A stretch of 64,000 bases of DNA, taken from contig NC_043002.1 of NCBI RefSeq assembly GCF_006345805.1, forward strand, positions 31,558,001 through 31,622,000, read 5' to 3'. Origin of the DNA: Octopus sinensis (taxonomy: Eukaryota). Shown piece by piece: positions 13,695 through 28,426 of the stretch (positions within the stretch are counted from its first letter, which is position 1; every line of letters starts with the position of its first letter). Under the pieces are notes generated by a model, which was given only the letters and a program-made list of their open reading frames with translations, was not told where the DNA came from and did no database searches. The position numbers and the translations under genes were made by a program.

Positions 13695-14733
13695 TATTTA
13701 CGAAGGGCAGATTCTTAGACATGTAAATAAAATATAAATGAATAATAGTATAGGTATTGGTGACTTATCTGGTATTCCTTGAAGAAATTTGCTCAGATTC
13801 CCTTTAAAGGTGATGGGATCCTTTTCCCTTTTGATACGTTTTGGGACAATGTTATATAGAGCAGGGCCATTTGAGGAAAGAATTGTTGCCATGTATTTAT
13901 GTATTCTGATCCTGAATTGGGTTGGAGACGTATAGCTCTTGGTCCTAAATATGGATGAATGTTGAAGCTAACGTTGAGGTCGTTTGACCAATGCTGATTG
14001 TATATTCTCCACAACGTGCAAGGGATGTGTCACTCACGGCAGTACTGGAGAGAATAGAGTTTCAATGCTTTGAGGCGATCCCAATAATCGGGATCAGTTA
14101 TGCCCCTAATTTATTTAGTGAATGTCATCTGGCGTGATTCAATTTTCGAAATGTTTTGTTTTATATGGGGAGAGCACAGGGGGGCAGCAGTCCTCAAGGT
14201 GTAGGCGTAGAAATGAAGAGAAAGGAGGAATGATGACACCTTGTTCTCTCCACCGGAATGTTCTTAGGATCCAAAAGCTCATCCTAGGAACTATAGGTAC
14301 TCCATCTGAGTTTATTGTCAACAATTACTCTTAGGTCTCTGATAGTATTTGATGCTGTGAGTGGTTCCTCCTGAAGGAAGTGAGTATGGCTGTTTTAGCA
14401 TAGTCTTTCTTCCAAAATGCATCAGTTCAAACTTTCCCTCGTTTAGTTGCATTTTGTTTTTGTCTGCCCATTAACTCACCGCAAGTAGATCAGACTGGAG
14501 TTCCGTTCGGTCTTCTTCCTCATTGATAATTTTCTGGGGCTTAGAATCAGTAGCGAATAGTTTCACTTTGTTGTGTTTTATGATACAAGAAAGGCCGTTT
14601 ATATAGACTATAAAGAGAAGACATTCCCCTCAGGGACATCACTGCTGACTTTTGCTGGTTTCCACCTATCAAAAAATGTTGTGTTCTCTCCTCAAGGAAA
14701 TACTCAATCCAGTTTACTAGTTTCCCACGGATT
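13695..14733 (-). pseudogene. Decayed CR1-like LINE reverse transcriptase and C-terminus
   Basis: Frameshifted motifs GIRGKLVNWIEYFLEERTQ, VKLFATDSK, WILRTFRWRE...LEDCCPPVLSP, GPALYNIVPK...FKGNLSKFLQGIPD. Confidence 0.85.
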
Positions 14734-14804
14734 CCAACATTTGTATGTATGTATGTAAATATGTATATGTGTGTGTTTGTGTTTATCTATGTGCATTGTG
14801 CATG

Positions 14805-14847
<43 letters not shown>

Positions 14848-15399
14848 GAGAGAGAGGGAGAGAGAGAGAGAGATAGATGGAGAGATAGACTGATAGATAG
14901 ATACATGTATACATATATACATATGTGCATATATACAAATATATATAGGCTCTCACACAAGCGTAAATGCATTCAACTATCGATCTATGCATATGCATAT
15001 GTGTGTGTGTGCATATATACATATATGTGTGTGTGTGTGTGTTTGTGTTTTTGTGTGTGTGTAAGCATTTATGTATATATATGCATGAATCTATGTATCT
15101 ATGCATCTCACTATGTATTGATTTACATGTACACGGCCAGGCTTCGTATGCTTCTGCAGCACATTCCACAGACAATTAGTAAATATTGTACAGCCTTACA
15201 CTGATAATTTGACAATTTAATTCACTTCCCGATTAAATAATAAACAAATACGTAGAGAGGAAAGGACAAGGAAGAAACAAACAAGCACCTCCAACCCATC
15301 CTAAAATACCATCGACCAATCTCACTAACGGATTTATGTTTACATTTATTGTACATCATCACCATTATCTCATATATTGTTAACGTGATCATCATACTC

Positions 15400-15958
15400 A
15401 CAACCCTACCATCACCACCAGCACAACCACCATCATCGTCATCTTCATAGTCCCCACGTCATATTCACCATCACCGTTGACACCAGGTTCACCGAATTCG
15501 TCTTTACATCTTCACCCAAAATCACTACAATTATCATCCTTATTTTCATCATCATCATCATCATCATCATCAGGTTCATCACCATCATCAGTATCTACTC
15601 CTTCTATGACAACGACAACTACCGCCACCACGATCGCGACCACTACCACCACCATCACCACCACCACCACCACCACCACCACCACCATCACTACCGCTGC
15701 AACTGATGAATATGATGATGATGATGATGATAATGATGATCTTGGTGGTGACGATGATGATGTTGATAGCACTAGTATTGATAGTGATATTGAAAATAAA
15801 ATTATGATTAAAATGATCAAGTTGTTGTATGATGATGAGGAGGAGGAGGAGGAGAAAAATTTCTTGGATTTGACATTACAACCGCCACCACCGCCAGAGT
15901 CATCATGTTGATGAACAAAATTTACACCACCACAACGACCACCAGTATCACCACCACC

Positions 15959-16002
<44 letters not shown>

Positions 16003-16070
16003 CATCATCATCAGCATTATCATCATTATCATCGTCATCATCATTATTATCATCATCCACAACGTCATTA
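15400..16070. repeat. Degenerate (CAT)/(CAC)/(GAT) trinucleotide low-complexity tract
   Basis: Direct reading. The ORFs called here are poly-S/T/D/I translations of the repeats. Confidence 0.9.
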
Positions 16071-16413
16071 CACCTTTTTCTTTTCTTTCTGTCTACAACA
16101 GAATACTGTTGACTCCCACCACACAAACACACACACATACACACACCTCACAGCAGAATTTTTTTATCAAAGCTCTTCATTTCAACCAGTTCCACCTTCA
16201 GACAACTCTACCCCTACAGTAGCAACCTACTACTCTGCCGTACTGCACCTATGATTCCAGGAGTCTCAGCACTTGAAAGATTAAATTGCTATCGTCCATT
16301 CTTTCTTTACGAATTATTTTTAAATCACTAAAAAATCTAGAGTTGTTGCCTGTAATCATGTAGTGCCCATACACATAAATAAGCACGCACATAAATGCAC
16401 ACACTCACACACG

Positions 16414-16483
<70 letters not shown>

Positions 16484-16568
16484 GATAATAATATATTATA
16501 TATATAAATATGTATATATAATATCTATATATGTATATATGTATATATATATATATGTATATTATATA

Positions 16569-16615
<47 letters not shown>

Positions 16616-17348
16616 ATATTTGTAAGCAAGCACAAACATTTTGTAATTTATGTAGCGTAAGCAGCCACGGAAGACTTTTAGTACAATAATAACTATATAT
16701 TAATATATCATAATAATAATAATATATATTCTCCGATTTAAAGCGACCTTATTAAATCAAAAATTGACAGAAAAATGAAAGAGATATCTCTACTTAGAAT
16801 CGAACCCATATATGAATGCTTATCAGGCTTCATGCGCCTCCGATCGTGCCAAACGCTTACCCGTCAATTTCAGCCAAATATATACCTTAATTCTCTAATA
16901 GTACATATAATAGTACCCAAAATATGATAGTACCCTAAAGGCCTTGTAAGTTACAGATAGATAGCGAATATTGTTGTCTCTTAGTACAATAATAATAATA
17001 ATAATATATATTCTCCGATTTAAAGGGACATTTTATATAAACAATTGACTGAAAAATTATGAGCTAACCCTAGCCGGAATCGAACACATATATCAACGCT
17101 TACACGCCTCCGTAACTTACAAAAAATTTCGAGTTTGTTTACAAATATTATATGTATTATTAGAGAGTTAAATGCATATCCATAAAATTTGGGTGAAATT
17201 GATGGGTGAGATTTTGGCCCAATCGGTTGCACTTGAGGCTATGTAAAACTTGATATGTGGTTTCGATTCTAGCTCGGTGTAGCTCATTATTTTTCAGTCG
17301 ATTATTTATATAAAATGTCGCTGTATACACACATTCGTATATATTTAT

Positions 17349-17713
17349 GGCGCATGGCTCAGTGGTTAGAGCGTTGAGCTTACGATCGTGAGGTTGTGAG
17401 CTCGAATCCCAGACCGGGCTGCGTGTTGTGTTCTTGAGCAAGGCACTTTATTTCACGTTGCTCCAGTTCATTCAGCTGTAGAAATGAGTTGCGATGTCAC
17501 AGGTGCCAAGCTGTATTGGCCCCTTTGCCTTTCCCTTGGACAACATCGGTGACGTGGAGAGGGGAGGCCGGTATGCATGGGCGACTGCTGGTCTTCCATA
17601 AAAAATAAAAAAAAAATAAAAAGAAAACAAAAAAAATAAACAACCTTGCCGAGACTTGTGCCTCAGAGGGTAACTCTCTAGGTGCAATCCCATGGTCATT
17701 CATGACCGAAGGG

Positions 17714-17718
<5 letters not shown>
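17349..17718 (+). mobile_element. SINE family C with tRNA-Arg(ACG)-like head
   Basis: Near-identical to the reverse complement of 12987-13324, plus an A-rich insertion near 17600-17640. Confidence 0.9.
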
Positions 17719-17776
<58 letters not shown>

Positions 17777-17924
17777 TATATATATGTGGGTGTATGTATA
17801 TATATATATATATATACACATACGTAAAGGCCAGAGATGGTGTATTGTCCCTGTGGTGTGTTGCGTTCCCTCTGTATTTCATATCTTCTCTACAATAATT
17901 AATACTCAAATATTTTCTCGCACC

Positions 17925-17972
17925 GTCTCTGATGAAGGGATATATAAAATATCCCGGAAATAGCTGTAAGAT
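17925..17972 (+). ncRNA. Type I hammerhead ribozyme motif, minimal PLE-type
   Basis: GUCU-CUGAUGA-A-GGGAUAU(AUAAA)AUAUCCC-G-GAAA-U-AGCU-G-UA^AGAU. Folded by hand. Confidence 0.7.
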
Positions 17973-18294
17973 CTTTTCTTGATAAATGTTATGTAAACTA
18001 TTTGCTAAATTGGGGTGTTTGTGTATGTGTAAAGAGCTTTAGAACGGTGCAAATATACAGTCAAATACGTAGTTTATTTCATCTTGAAATGTTTCTGTGT
18101 ATCTCCATGATATTCACACTATACCTTACTCCGGTGTGATGGTCGCTCTCATTCACTTCCGGGCGAATGACTTCGCCTGGCTTTGAAGTATACAGCGTAT
18201 CTTAAAAGTCTACGGGGCCTTTCCTAAACGAAATACGGCAGGCTAAAAGCGTTTTGCAGCATGCATACAATACCATCCAATTTTGTCGTTAATA

Positions 18295-18334
<40 letters not shown>

Positions 18335-18464
18335 TCACATTTGGACATAAAGTTAGATTCTCTTATAAAGTATATTTTTTAAGTATACTTCACAATATAT
18401 GGACTGTATTAAGTAAAATGATCACTATTTTGACATATATATACAGAACAACACACATCTATCT

Positions 18465-18575
<111 letters not shown>

Positions 18576-18610
18576 TATCTAGGTGGCTAACTAGGTACAT
18601 GTCCGTCTTG

Positions 18611-18649
<39 letters not shown>

Positions 18650-18659
18650 ATATATATAT

Positions 18660-18695
<36 letters not shown>

Positions 18696-18792
18696 CACTA
18701 TAAATATATACATACATATTATGTGTATACACATACATACATATATTTTATATATTATATATTTATTATTTACACACACACACACACACACA

Positions 18793-18836
<44 letters not shown>

Positions 18837-19381
18837 ACATTGGTGACTCTCACTGTGTTTGAGTATAATTACTGACTGAAGCTCACTGCATGCAGTCAAA
18901 TTCAAACTTGCCTATTCACATTTATCTTGTAAGTATTCCCCTCTAACATATGCATCTCTAAGCAAACACCCAAAGTGTAAGTTGCTAATATTCACACACA
19001 GCCCCTCAAATACGAACGTGTCAGGCTGTACATAAATTCAGATTCATATCAATATTACGGACAACCATATATACAAATATATACTGATGTATAAACGCAA
19101 ACACACAATCACATATGTACTTTTATACACACACACGCGCGCGCATATATATATAACTATATTTACATACATATATACTTATACATATATATAAATACAT
19201 ATATAAATATATATATGTATGTATGTGGCTCTGAATGTGTGCGTGTGTGAGTGTGTGTGCCTGACTGTGTGTGCGCGCGAATGTGTGTTTTATGCACATA
19301 ACATCCCACTTCAACCTCATACACACGGAATATATTTATATACTAGACATTGTATGTATATATATATATTATATATATATG

Positions 19382-19441
<60 letters not shown>

Positions 19442-20503
19442 ATTATATATATATATTAATAATATATATAATATATATATATATATAGTATATACATACA
19501 GTTACATATTTACACGCAATTATATATGTATGTATGCATTTGTATAAACATTGGCGGCTGTAATTTCTACGCATACAGTACCATCTATCATCATTGAGTC
19601 TCATAATTTCATAAAGCTTAACCTATATGCACACACATATATATATATATACGTATATGTATATGTAAACTTATACAGAAATACATACAGACGCTCACAT
19701 GTACACAACTACACTCTCATGAATGCGTTGCTTTGTTGAAATAATATTAAGTTGTCAATCAGTTTTCTCCCTTACGCTCTGCCATAGTTCAAACTAACTC
19801 AGTAAAGATTTTAGCTTGCAAATTAAAAGCTCACATTAGATGTAGTACAAACAAAATGTCTGAAGGTCCGTGTTTTTTTCCCGCCCGTTTCTGTTGACAT
19901 GGCCGTCACTCGTGCCGCTGAGGGGCGCTCTGGTCGTGTCATGATGAGCGTGTGCTATGACAAGCAATATATGTTTGGGTATGCAGCTCTACAACTGCCA
20001 TACTCTTTTCTATTACGTTCTCTTTTCCCATTCCCTTTCTCAACTTCATTCTCTTTCTTTTTCTCCTCATTCTTGCTCTCTCGCTATAATTGTATTCTTC
20101 TATCTCTCCCCTCTCCCCTTCTCCCTTTCTCCTCTCTTCATATATTAATTTTTACATGCATTTCGCTTTACATTTTATATCTTTTCTTTTACATTGTATT
20201 GTTTATATATTTTTTGCTTTCTCTTTATTTGTTCATTACAGATATGTAGTGTGTGCGTGCGTGCGTGCCAGTATGTATGTACGTGCGTATATTTGCATAT
20301 GCTGGTGTATGTGTTTGTGTGTATTGGAAAGTAAGTGAGAAATGGAAACGTATGGACGGGGTGTACTCTATAACGCGAAAAAAGCACGTAGAAAATATTA
20401 GTCCAATATGCAAAAAGCGGCTATGAATGTTTGCAGAGGACAACGTGTTCAGACACCTTAAATGTCCCCGGGTCATTTCAAATTAGATAAGATTATCAAA
20501 TAG

Positions 20504-20603
20504 NNNNNNNNNNNNNNNNNNNNNNNNNNNNNNNNNNNNNNNNNNNNNNNNNNNNNNNNNNNNNNNNNNNNNNNNNNNNNNNNNNNNNNNNNNNNNNNNN
20601 NNN
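20504..20603. other. Assembly gap (100 N)
   Basis: Run of N. A long CT-rich tract follows at about 20604-21160. Confidence 0.99.
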
Positions 20604-21940
20604 TATCTCTGAATCCGTTGTTTCTTATTCCCTACTTTTGTTTTTCAATATCGTTCTCTCTCTCCCCTTTGTCTCTCATCTCTCACTATCTCTTTGGTTC
20701 TCTCTCTCTCTCTTGCTTCCTTTTATCTCTCTCTTTTGTTCTCTCTCTCTCTTTTCTTGCCTGACACTCTCACTTAGTGCCGTTCTCTCTTTATTTCTAT
20801 TTGTTAGTCTCATTCTCTTCTTTCTCTCTCCTTTTATGTACATTTTCCCCCTACATCTTCCTGTCTCTTTTCCCCTCTCCTATCCTCTCCTTTCACTAAG
20901 CTTTTACCTACTTCTCTCCATCTCATAATCTTTAATCTATCTTCATCTTTTTCTATCCTACACCCCTACCTTTCTCCTCTGACTCTCTGCCTCTCTCTGT
21001 CTTTCCATGTTTCAGTTTCCCCCTCCCTCTCTGTCATTGCCTTTCTGTTCCTCTCTCCTCTCTCTTTCTCTCTTTCCTTCACACAAAATCTCTCTCTCTT
21101 TCTTTCCCTCTGTCTCCCCCCCCTCTCTCTCTCTCTCCCTCCCTCATATGACCCTCTGACATCATTCACCAATATACAGCCACTTTTTCCGACAGATGAC
21201 CAGCAGAGCCTCTCTTCGTATTATAATTTTTATAGATGTACGTGTATTTACGTATGCATGTAGCAGAGAGTAAGTGTATTTCTCCCTATGTTGCACTATA
21301 TATGTACGAATATGTTCGTTTGTGTAAGTGTGTATTACAACAAGCTGAAGCGACCGATTGGTGATTGTCTATAATGTTAAATGTACACGAAAAATGCATT
21401 AAGTCTGCTCGTTCATTGCACCTTCTCGAATGGCGAATTCTGTTAAGTATACTCAAAGTTGGCTTGTCAAATGTAAATTGTGTTGCTGTTAAGAATAACT
21501 CTTGCACAATTCTCGATGTTGGAGTGTTGGTGCGATTGATAAAGAGAAACTATCTCATTCTCAGTCATTTCGCTTCTCATCCTCCCATTTCCTAGTCTGT
21601 TTCTCTCTCGCTCTTTTTACAGTCAACATAATGCATACGAATACACGCATTCATATACACACATTATACACCCATATATATAAATATATACATATATATA
21701 TATATATATATAATATATATATACATACATAAACATATACATATATATATACACACACCACACACAACACACAATATATATATATAGATATATATATATA
21801 TATATATATAGATATATAGATATATATTATATATATATATATATAGTTAATCCAAACAAGAAAACACAAAAAACACAACAACGCGAGAACGTGGAACAAT
21901 ATAGTACTATTGGACGCTCAGGAAAGAAGGAAGAAGGAGG

Positions 21941-21975
21941 GTTTAACGTTTCGAGCGGAGCTCTTCGTCGGAAAC
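21941..21975 (-). ncRNA. Minimal type I hammerhead-like motif with variant core CCGACGA
   Basis: GUUU-CCGACGA-A-GAGC(UCC)GCUC-GAAA-CG-UU^AAAC, inside a ~190-bp repeat flanked by (TA)n. Confidence 0.6.
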
Positions 21976-22931
21976 ATAGGAGAAGGAAAGATCCCGAGAA
22001 GGGAAGACAGAGGAAAAAAAATCGCCAACGGTACACACGAGCTCAAATTTTATATATATATATACACACGTACATAAATACAAATATATATTTATACAAT
22101 TTTAAATGATTACATATTTCAATACGTTTGTATGTTTGTGCATATATATTCTCCTCTAATTTTAAATATTTGAATTCCTTCTGTAAGGAAGCAGCTGGTT
22201 TCTAACAAGGATACAAAACTTGATAGCTAGAAGGTAGATAACAAAAACAATGTTACATGTTTAACTTGAGAGAAGTCTCACAAATTTTCACTGTTCTACT
22301 TATAAAATGTATATGCATCTAGCGCATTCATTCGTTGATTTCTTATTCTGAAATCTCAAGCTTTGTAAAGTTGCCACTTCGTCATTTCCTAATAATAAGA
22401 AAAAATGCACAAATTATCGTTTATATATATGTGGGTATACAATCTGAAGGTTTCGAAGCGGTTGTTCGTAGTTATCTTGCTTCTCTTTGATTTTTGAAAA
22501 AAAATGTCACATCAGCCGAGCAGCTGGTGTCTCCAGCGTTACATACTATTTTTTCTCGCTACCAGAGTACTATACCTGTTTGTATTTGGTAGAAATTTTG
22601 ATGGGAATTTTTCACCTAAATGCATCATGCTGAAGTTTATGAGTGTATTCATAAACAGGGGCATTCCACAACGTCTTTAGGGGACGTGTACAATCGCAAT
22701 TTGATGCTCCAGTGGAATTATTGTCTCTTCTTTTCCTTAGGAATTTAGAATCGATTTCCTGTTATGCTAAACGTTGGTATCAGCTCTGAAAGTACCAATG
22801 TATATTGAGATATTTTCTTGTACGATTAGAGGTCTGGTAGCCATTTTTTCCTAAGTTTGGTGTAATTTCCTAACGCCTTTCTATATTCATTCACAATGCC
22901 TAGATATATATATGTATGTATATATATATAC

Positions 22932-22980
<49 letters not shown>

Positions 22981-23255
22981 ATTTTTTATATATACCATTT
23001 TTTATGTGGGATAAGAGTGAAAAAGAGACCGTTGATACACAGGTTCCTGGTTTCGAGTACTCATTTAAGGCAGCCCTGTTACATATTTCTTATTCTAAGT
23101 TTGATATTTATTCCAGCTGACATTTTTGCTGAAGCGCTAGGTTACGGAGACGAAAACGAACCAACAGCGGCTGTAAAGCGGTGTTGGAGTACAAACACAA
23201 AAACGCACGCAAATATATGCAAAGATACATACATTCATATACATGTGTGTATAAA

Positions 23256-23322
23256 TGCTCAAAAAGCAAAAAGCAAGGCCATGTAGGGGGACATGGAGTT
23301 ATGTACAGGGAGGGCGTTCATG
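23256..23322 (-). mobile_element. Short 3' tail of the CR1-like family seen at 3391
   Basis: gctcaaaaagcaaaaagcaaggccatgtagggggacatggagtta matches 3425-3490. Confidence 0.75.
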
Positions 23323-23353
23323 TATATATTCATACGCACGTATATATACACAG

Positions 23354-23495
23354 AGGGCTCTTTCAATTTTCGTCTACCAAATCCACTTAGAAGGCTTTCG
23401 TCGTGAAAGACACACGCTCAATGTGCTAGGCAGTGGGGCTGACTCCGTAACCGTGTGAATGAGAGGCAAATTCTTACCACACATCAACACCTGCA
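23354..23495 (-). mobile_element. SINE family B, degenerate head
   Basis: gtctaccaaatccact...gcagtgggg...cttaccacac. Confidence 0.65.
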
Positions 23496-23570
23496 GCTAA
23501 AGTTGACAGTGACTTCGAAAATCTATCTATCAAGCTTTCTATCTATCTCTTTCTATATTATATACTCTTC

Positions 23571-23777
23571 TTTTTTTACTCTTTTTACTTGTTTCAATCC
23601 TTTGACTGCGGCCATGCTGGAGCACCGCCTTTAGTTGAGCAAATCGACTCCAGGACTTATTCTTTGTAAGCCTAGTATTTATTCTATCGGTCTCTCTTTT
23701 GCCGAACCGCTAAGTTACGGAGGACATAAACACACCACATCGGTTGTCTAGCAATGCTAGGGGGACAAACACAGACG

Positions 23778-23847
<70 letters not shown>

Positions 23848-24008
23848 TACGACGGGCTTTTTCAGTTTCCGTCTACCAAATCCACTCACAAGGCTTTGGG
23901 CCAGCCCGATGCTATAGTAGAAGACACTTGCCCAGATGCCACGCAGTGGGACTGAACCCGGAACCATGTGGTGGTAAGCAAGCTACTTACCACACAGCCA
24001 CTCCTGCG

Positions 24009-24010
<2 letters not shown>
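23571..24010 (-). mobile_element. Full-length composite SINE family B
   Basis: Reverse complement of 2914-3323, with a longer internal (TA)n. Confidence 0.9.
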
Positions 24011-24042
<32 letters not shown>

Positions 24043-24618
24043 CATGTATATGTATATATATATATATATATATATGTACATATATATGTGTGTGGGTAAG
24101 TGAATAAGTGTGTACGTGTGAATATACACCTGTGCATACACAGGAACACAAACGTAAACGCACGTAGATGTATGCCTGGGTGAAAACAAGATTCAGCTTG
24201 AGTTTCTGAATAGTAAGACGGTAGATAGTTACGCCGATATAAATGAAGCAAGTACTTATATGTATGCATTTATGTATGTATATATTCATGTATGGATGTA
24301 TACGTACACACATCCACACACACACGCACACACATTCACACATCCACACACACATATACATTTACTTATATATATGTATATATATATATATGCATGCATT
24401 CGCTTCTTTGTAAAATTACATTAATACATTAGTGAATAACACATTTCAGTGTTCGTTTCTGTGTTCGTGTGTGTATTATATAAATGTGTGCCTGAATGTG
24501 TGTGTGTGCGCGCATGCGTCTATGCACTCTTTCAATATACATATTCATACAAAAAATTACATAAAAGCGGTATATATATTTGTATATATCAAAATATACA
24601 TATATATATATATGTATA

Positions 24619-24691
<73 letters not shown>

Positions 24692-24989
24692 GTGTGTGTG
24701 TGTGTGTACTTATATATATACTTATACATACTTACATATAAACTTATATATGTATATATATATATATATATAATACATATCTGTGCGTTTGTTCGTTTGT
24801 GTTCGTGTGTGTATGTGTGTGTGCGTGTGTGTGTTTCTCTGTGTTTACAGTCATCGGTGAAGTCATTCTCGGAGAATTCATATTGGTTACCATTTTCACT
24901 AGCGCCGTCTTTTTGAAACGTGCTCCAATATTAGCACATCGGAATTCTCATCACAGAGCATTCTGAAATCAAATCGCCAAAAAAAAAAG

Positions 24990-25213
24990 TACACCATCTA
25001 ATAACAACAAATGCAACAACAACACCGTCAACAGCAAAACAACAACACTACAAACAATAACAACAAAAGAAATAACAAAAACAACGAGAAAAAATGCACT
25101 AACAAAAATAACATCAGCTATAATGGTAATATTAATGATAACAACAACAATAACAAAAACAACAGCAACATCAATGATAATAAATAATAATAATAATGAT
25201 GATAATAATAATA

Positions 25214-25261
<48 letters not shown>

Positions 25262-25267
25262 GTAGTA

Positions 25268-25303
<36 letters not shown>

Positions 25304-25366
25304 GTAGTAGTAATAATAATAATGATAATAATAATAATAATAATGATAATAATAATAATGATAATA

Positions 25367-25397
<31 letters not shown>

Positions 25398-25797
25398 TAA
25401 TAATGATAATAATAATAATGATAATAATAATAATAATAATGATAATAATAATAACAGGAGTAATAATAATAAAATACGAAAAAATTTCTGTAATAACTAA
25501 CCATCAGCAATAACAACTGGAACACGAATACGAAGAACAACAACAACTACGGTGATGGTGATGACAAGAAAACAACAACAACAGCCAGCACATCAATAAC
25601 AAATACTACTAGAAAATGATGGTGATGATGATGTCTACGACGATGAAGAAGAGGATGATGATGATGATAGTAGTCGCAGTAACAGCAGCAATAATATTAG
25701 TATTAGTAGTAGTAGTAGTAGTAATAGCAACATCATAATCAGCAGCAGCACTATTATTATTATTACTATTATTATTATTATTATTATTATTATTATC

Positions 25798-25852
<55 letters not shown>

Positions 25853-25885
25853 TAGTAGTAGTAGTAGTAGTAGTAGTAGTAATGA
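24990..25885. repeat. Long compound (AAC)/(AAT)/(GAT)/(ATT)/(AGT) trinucleotide tract
   Basis: Direct reading of the sequence. Confidence 0.95.
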
Positions 25886-28426
25886 GCGGAATTATTGGCT
25901 GTGGCGATTACGTTTGCTGTAGGTTTTTAGCAATGAAAATATATGTATGTAAGATGGAATCGCAGTCTCCGTAGGTAGAAGAATGTCATGGATGCTTTGT
26001 GTTAAAATATCTGATTAGACGCCCAAGGGAAGGAATCTAGTTCTTGATATCTGGAAATGCAATGAATTGTTGTACACCATCAGAATTGAAATTTCCTTAT
26101 TTTGGCATCTCTTGGCGGAAATTAGGAAAATACAGACAACTCTGTCCCTGTAATTAAGTGTAGAAAGTCCTTCTGTTCTTTTTTGTCTTTTTAAAATTCT
26201 TTTATACAATATTTCTCTCTTTCTTTCTCCGCCAATTTTATGCCTTTTTAATGTTGTTATTCCTAATTTTGTATTCTTTTTATTATTTTCTCGAAACTTA
26301 TTTCTTTTACTTTTTTTCGTTACATCAATTTATACATTTCTTACTACCTTATTTTATTGTCTTTATTGTTTCTCATTTATTTTCCACTACATACAGTTAA
26401 TAAAAGTGTGTCCATGTATCTTCCTCTCTATATACATATATACAGAGATTGATTGATGCAGAGATATATAAATGTTTTAGTCAGTTTTTTTTTCTTTTTT
26501 TTTTGTCGCTTTTTTCTCCTTTTATTCGTTCTATAAAATCTCAGGTTTTGCTTCCATAATATTTCCTGCTTGTACAACAGTTTGTTTCAAGAAAGACAAC
26601 AGTAATAATGTATCTGTATTTGATGAATTTACTATGGCTGATATTCATATAAGTAATAATGAAGGAGAGTGTAATAGGTAGCTTGATCGGTATCAGTTTT
26701 TGAAACGTAGTTATTTGTACGGATGCGGCCCCAGATACTTAAAAGCCACAGTCTACCCCCATGGAATTTTAACTTCGAAAGATATGTAACGTAACTGAGT
26801 TAATGCCAAATATTTGATATCAAGATTTAGGCGTGCTAGAATCTGTTGTCATGTATGATTTCTATTATGAAGTATATTCTGGCTCTAAAGTGTTGCTCTT
26901 GCGATCGTGATTTCGATTCTCAGACTGGCAGTGCGTGCATTATCTTTTGTGCCAACCTCTTCATTTCACATTGCTCCAATTTACTCAGCTGCAAATCAGT
27001 AGCCCTGCCGTTCTATTCAGGGAGATTGCTGCCATGTTCACCTTGTTGAAGGCTAAATTTGTATAACAACATCCCATAGTGTGGTAGGTACTGTGATATT
27101 CTTATTATACGAAATACTTCGTTCTTTGAAAAATTATTAATTTAATCAGAAGATCAATTTGTCTAACCCATAGAAACTGAACTGTTTCTATTCCAACTAA
27201 CGTACCTGGAATGTTACTTTTGAATATTTAGTAACTTTCGCTATAAATTCGAGGCCAAAAATTTATGAAAGCCATGCTTATAGTTCCAATTGAAAATCAC
27301 TAAGAACAATCTCTATAGCGTATATTCATAGACGCTGAAATGATCCCATAACCATGATCGTTTACGTTTATTTTTTCCCACTATGAAAGGTGAGTGATTT
27401 TTTTGCAAATAAGTACACCATCCCCTTGCTGATGCGATGGGTGTTTCTGACGAAAATACTATAGTATATTGCCGTTATCGGTTGATGATTGCTCTACGAC
27501 TTCAGAGGTGAGAGGGATATTAGCTAACGAAAAATAAGACGTAAGTGAACTCGGAAGATCTCAACAATTGTAGCGACATCACCCGTGTATGTGAATGATC
27601 CGCTGCTACTGAGGGTGAAGATAATAACATGTGCTCTTGTTGATATAGCAAACCGATTATGGCCGCAGCAATCTGAATTACTTTCGATATTGATTAAAAT
27701 TTCCACTACTCAAAGTTTCAATTCAAACCAGAAGCAGAAAAGTTCATACTGATCGCTTATAGTTCTGCTGTGGGGATCCAACATTAGGACGAACTGTTAA
27801 GTGGCCAAGTTATTTGCAAACTATCTCTAACCAGAATGTAAATATCTGGTCAGTAAAAGCATCACAATTTGCAATACAAGCGCCCCAAACGAGAATGATC
27901 ACCCGAGTTGAGAGTTTCTTGAAGCAATTCACTATGCTGTTTCCGGTCAGACCATTCTAATTTTAACATAACTTACTTATGAACGCAACAATGTAGCGAG
28001 AGCCGTACAGACCAACCAATAAATAGAGCATAATAGGATGGACACCATTGTTTAGGACAAATGTATAACAACGGTGTAGTAATAACTAATATGAAAATAC
28101 CAAAAGTCTATATTATTAAGCAGAAATGTTTTGAAAAGTTTCTAACTGTTGAACTAGAAAATAATCAGACAGTTAAGAGATGTATCTATGATCTCACATT
28201 TGTTATTGGTAAACAGGAATGAATGCAGCAATTTCTCTAAGTATGTTGACAAATATTCTATGAAGCTAGGCATAGTCATATTCTTAAAATTACAAAGCAA
28301 TAGTGTGTACATTATTAGGGCTTCCTCCCACCGCCCTTATTTTCCTTGAAATATTTGTTGACCACTTTTATGTGAAACAACTAATGAAGACAATAAATAT
28401 TTCTTTATTGCAAATTATAAAGAAAT

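Noticed and set aside
15477-15911. Acidic, Ser/Thr-rich 144-aa ORF
   Set aside because: It lies wholly within trinucleotide repeats that are open in several frames and on both strands.
12987-17718. tRNA-Arg-like sequences at 13255-13324 and 17349-17418
   Set aside because: They lack a proper acceptor stem and continue into shared SINE bodies, so they are SINE heads, not tRNA genes.
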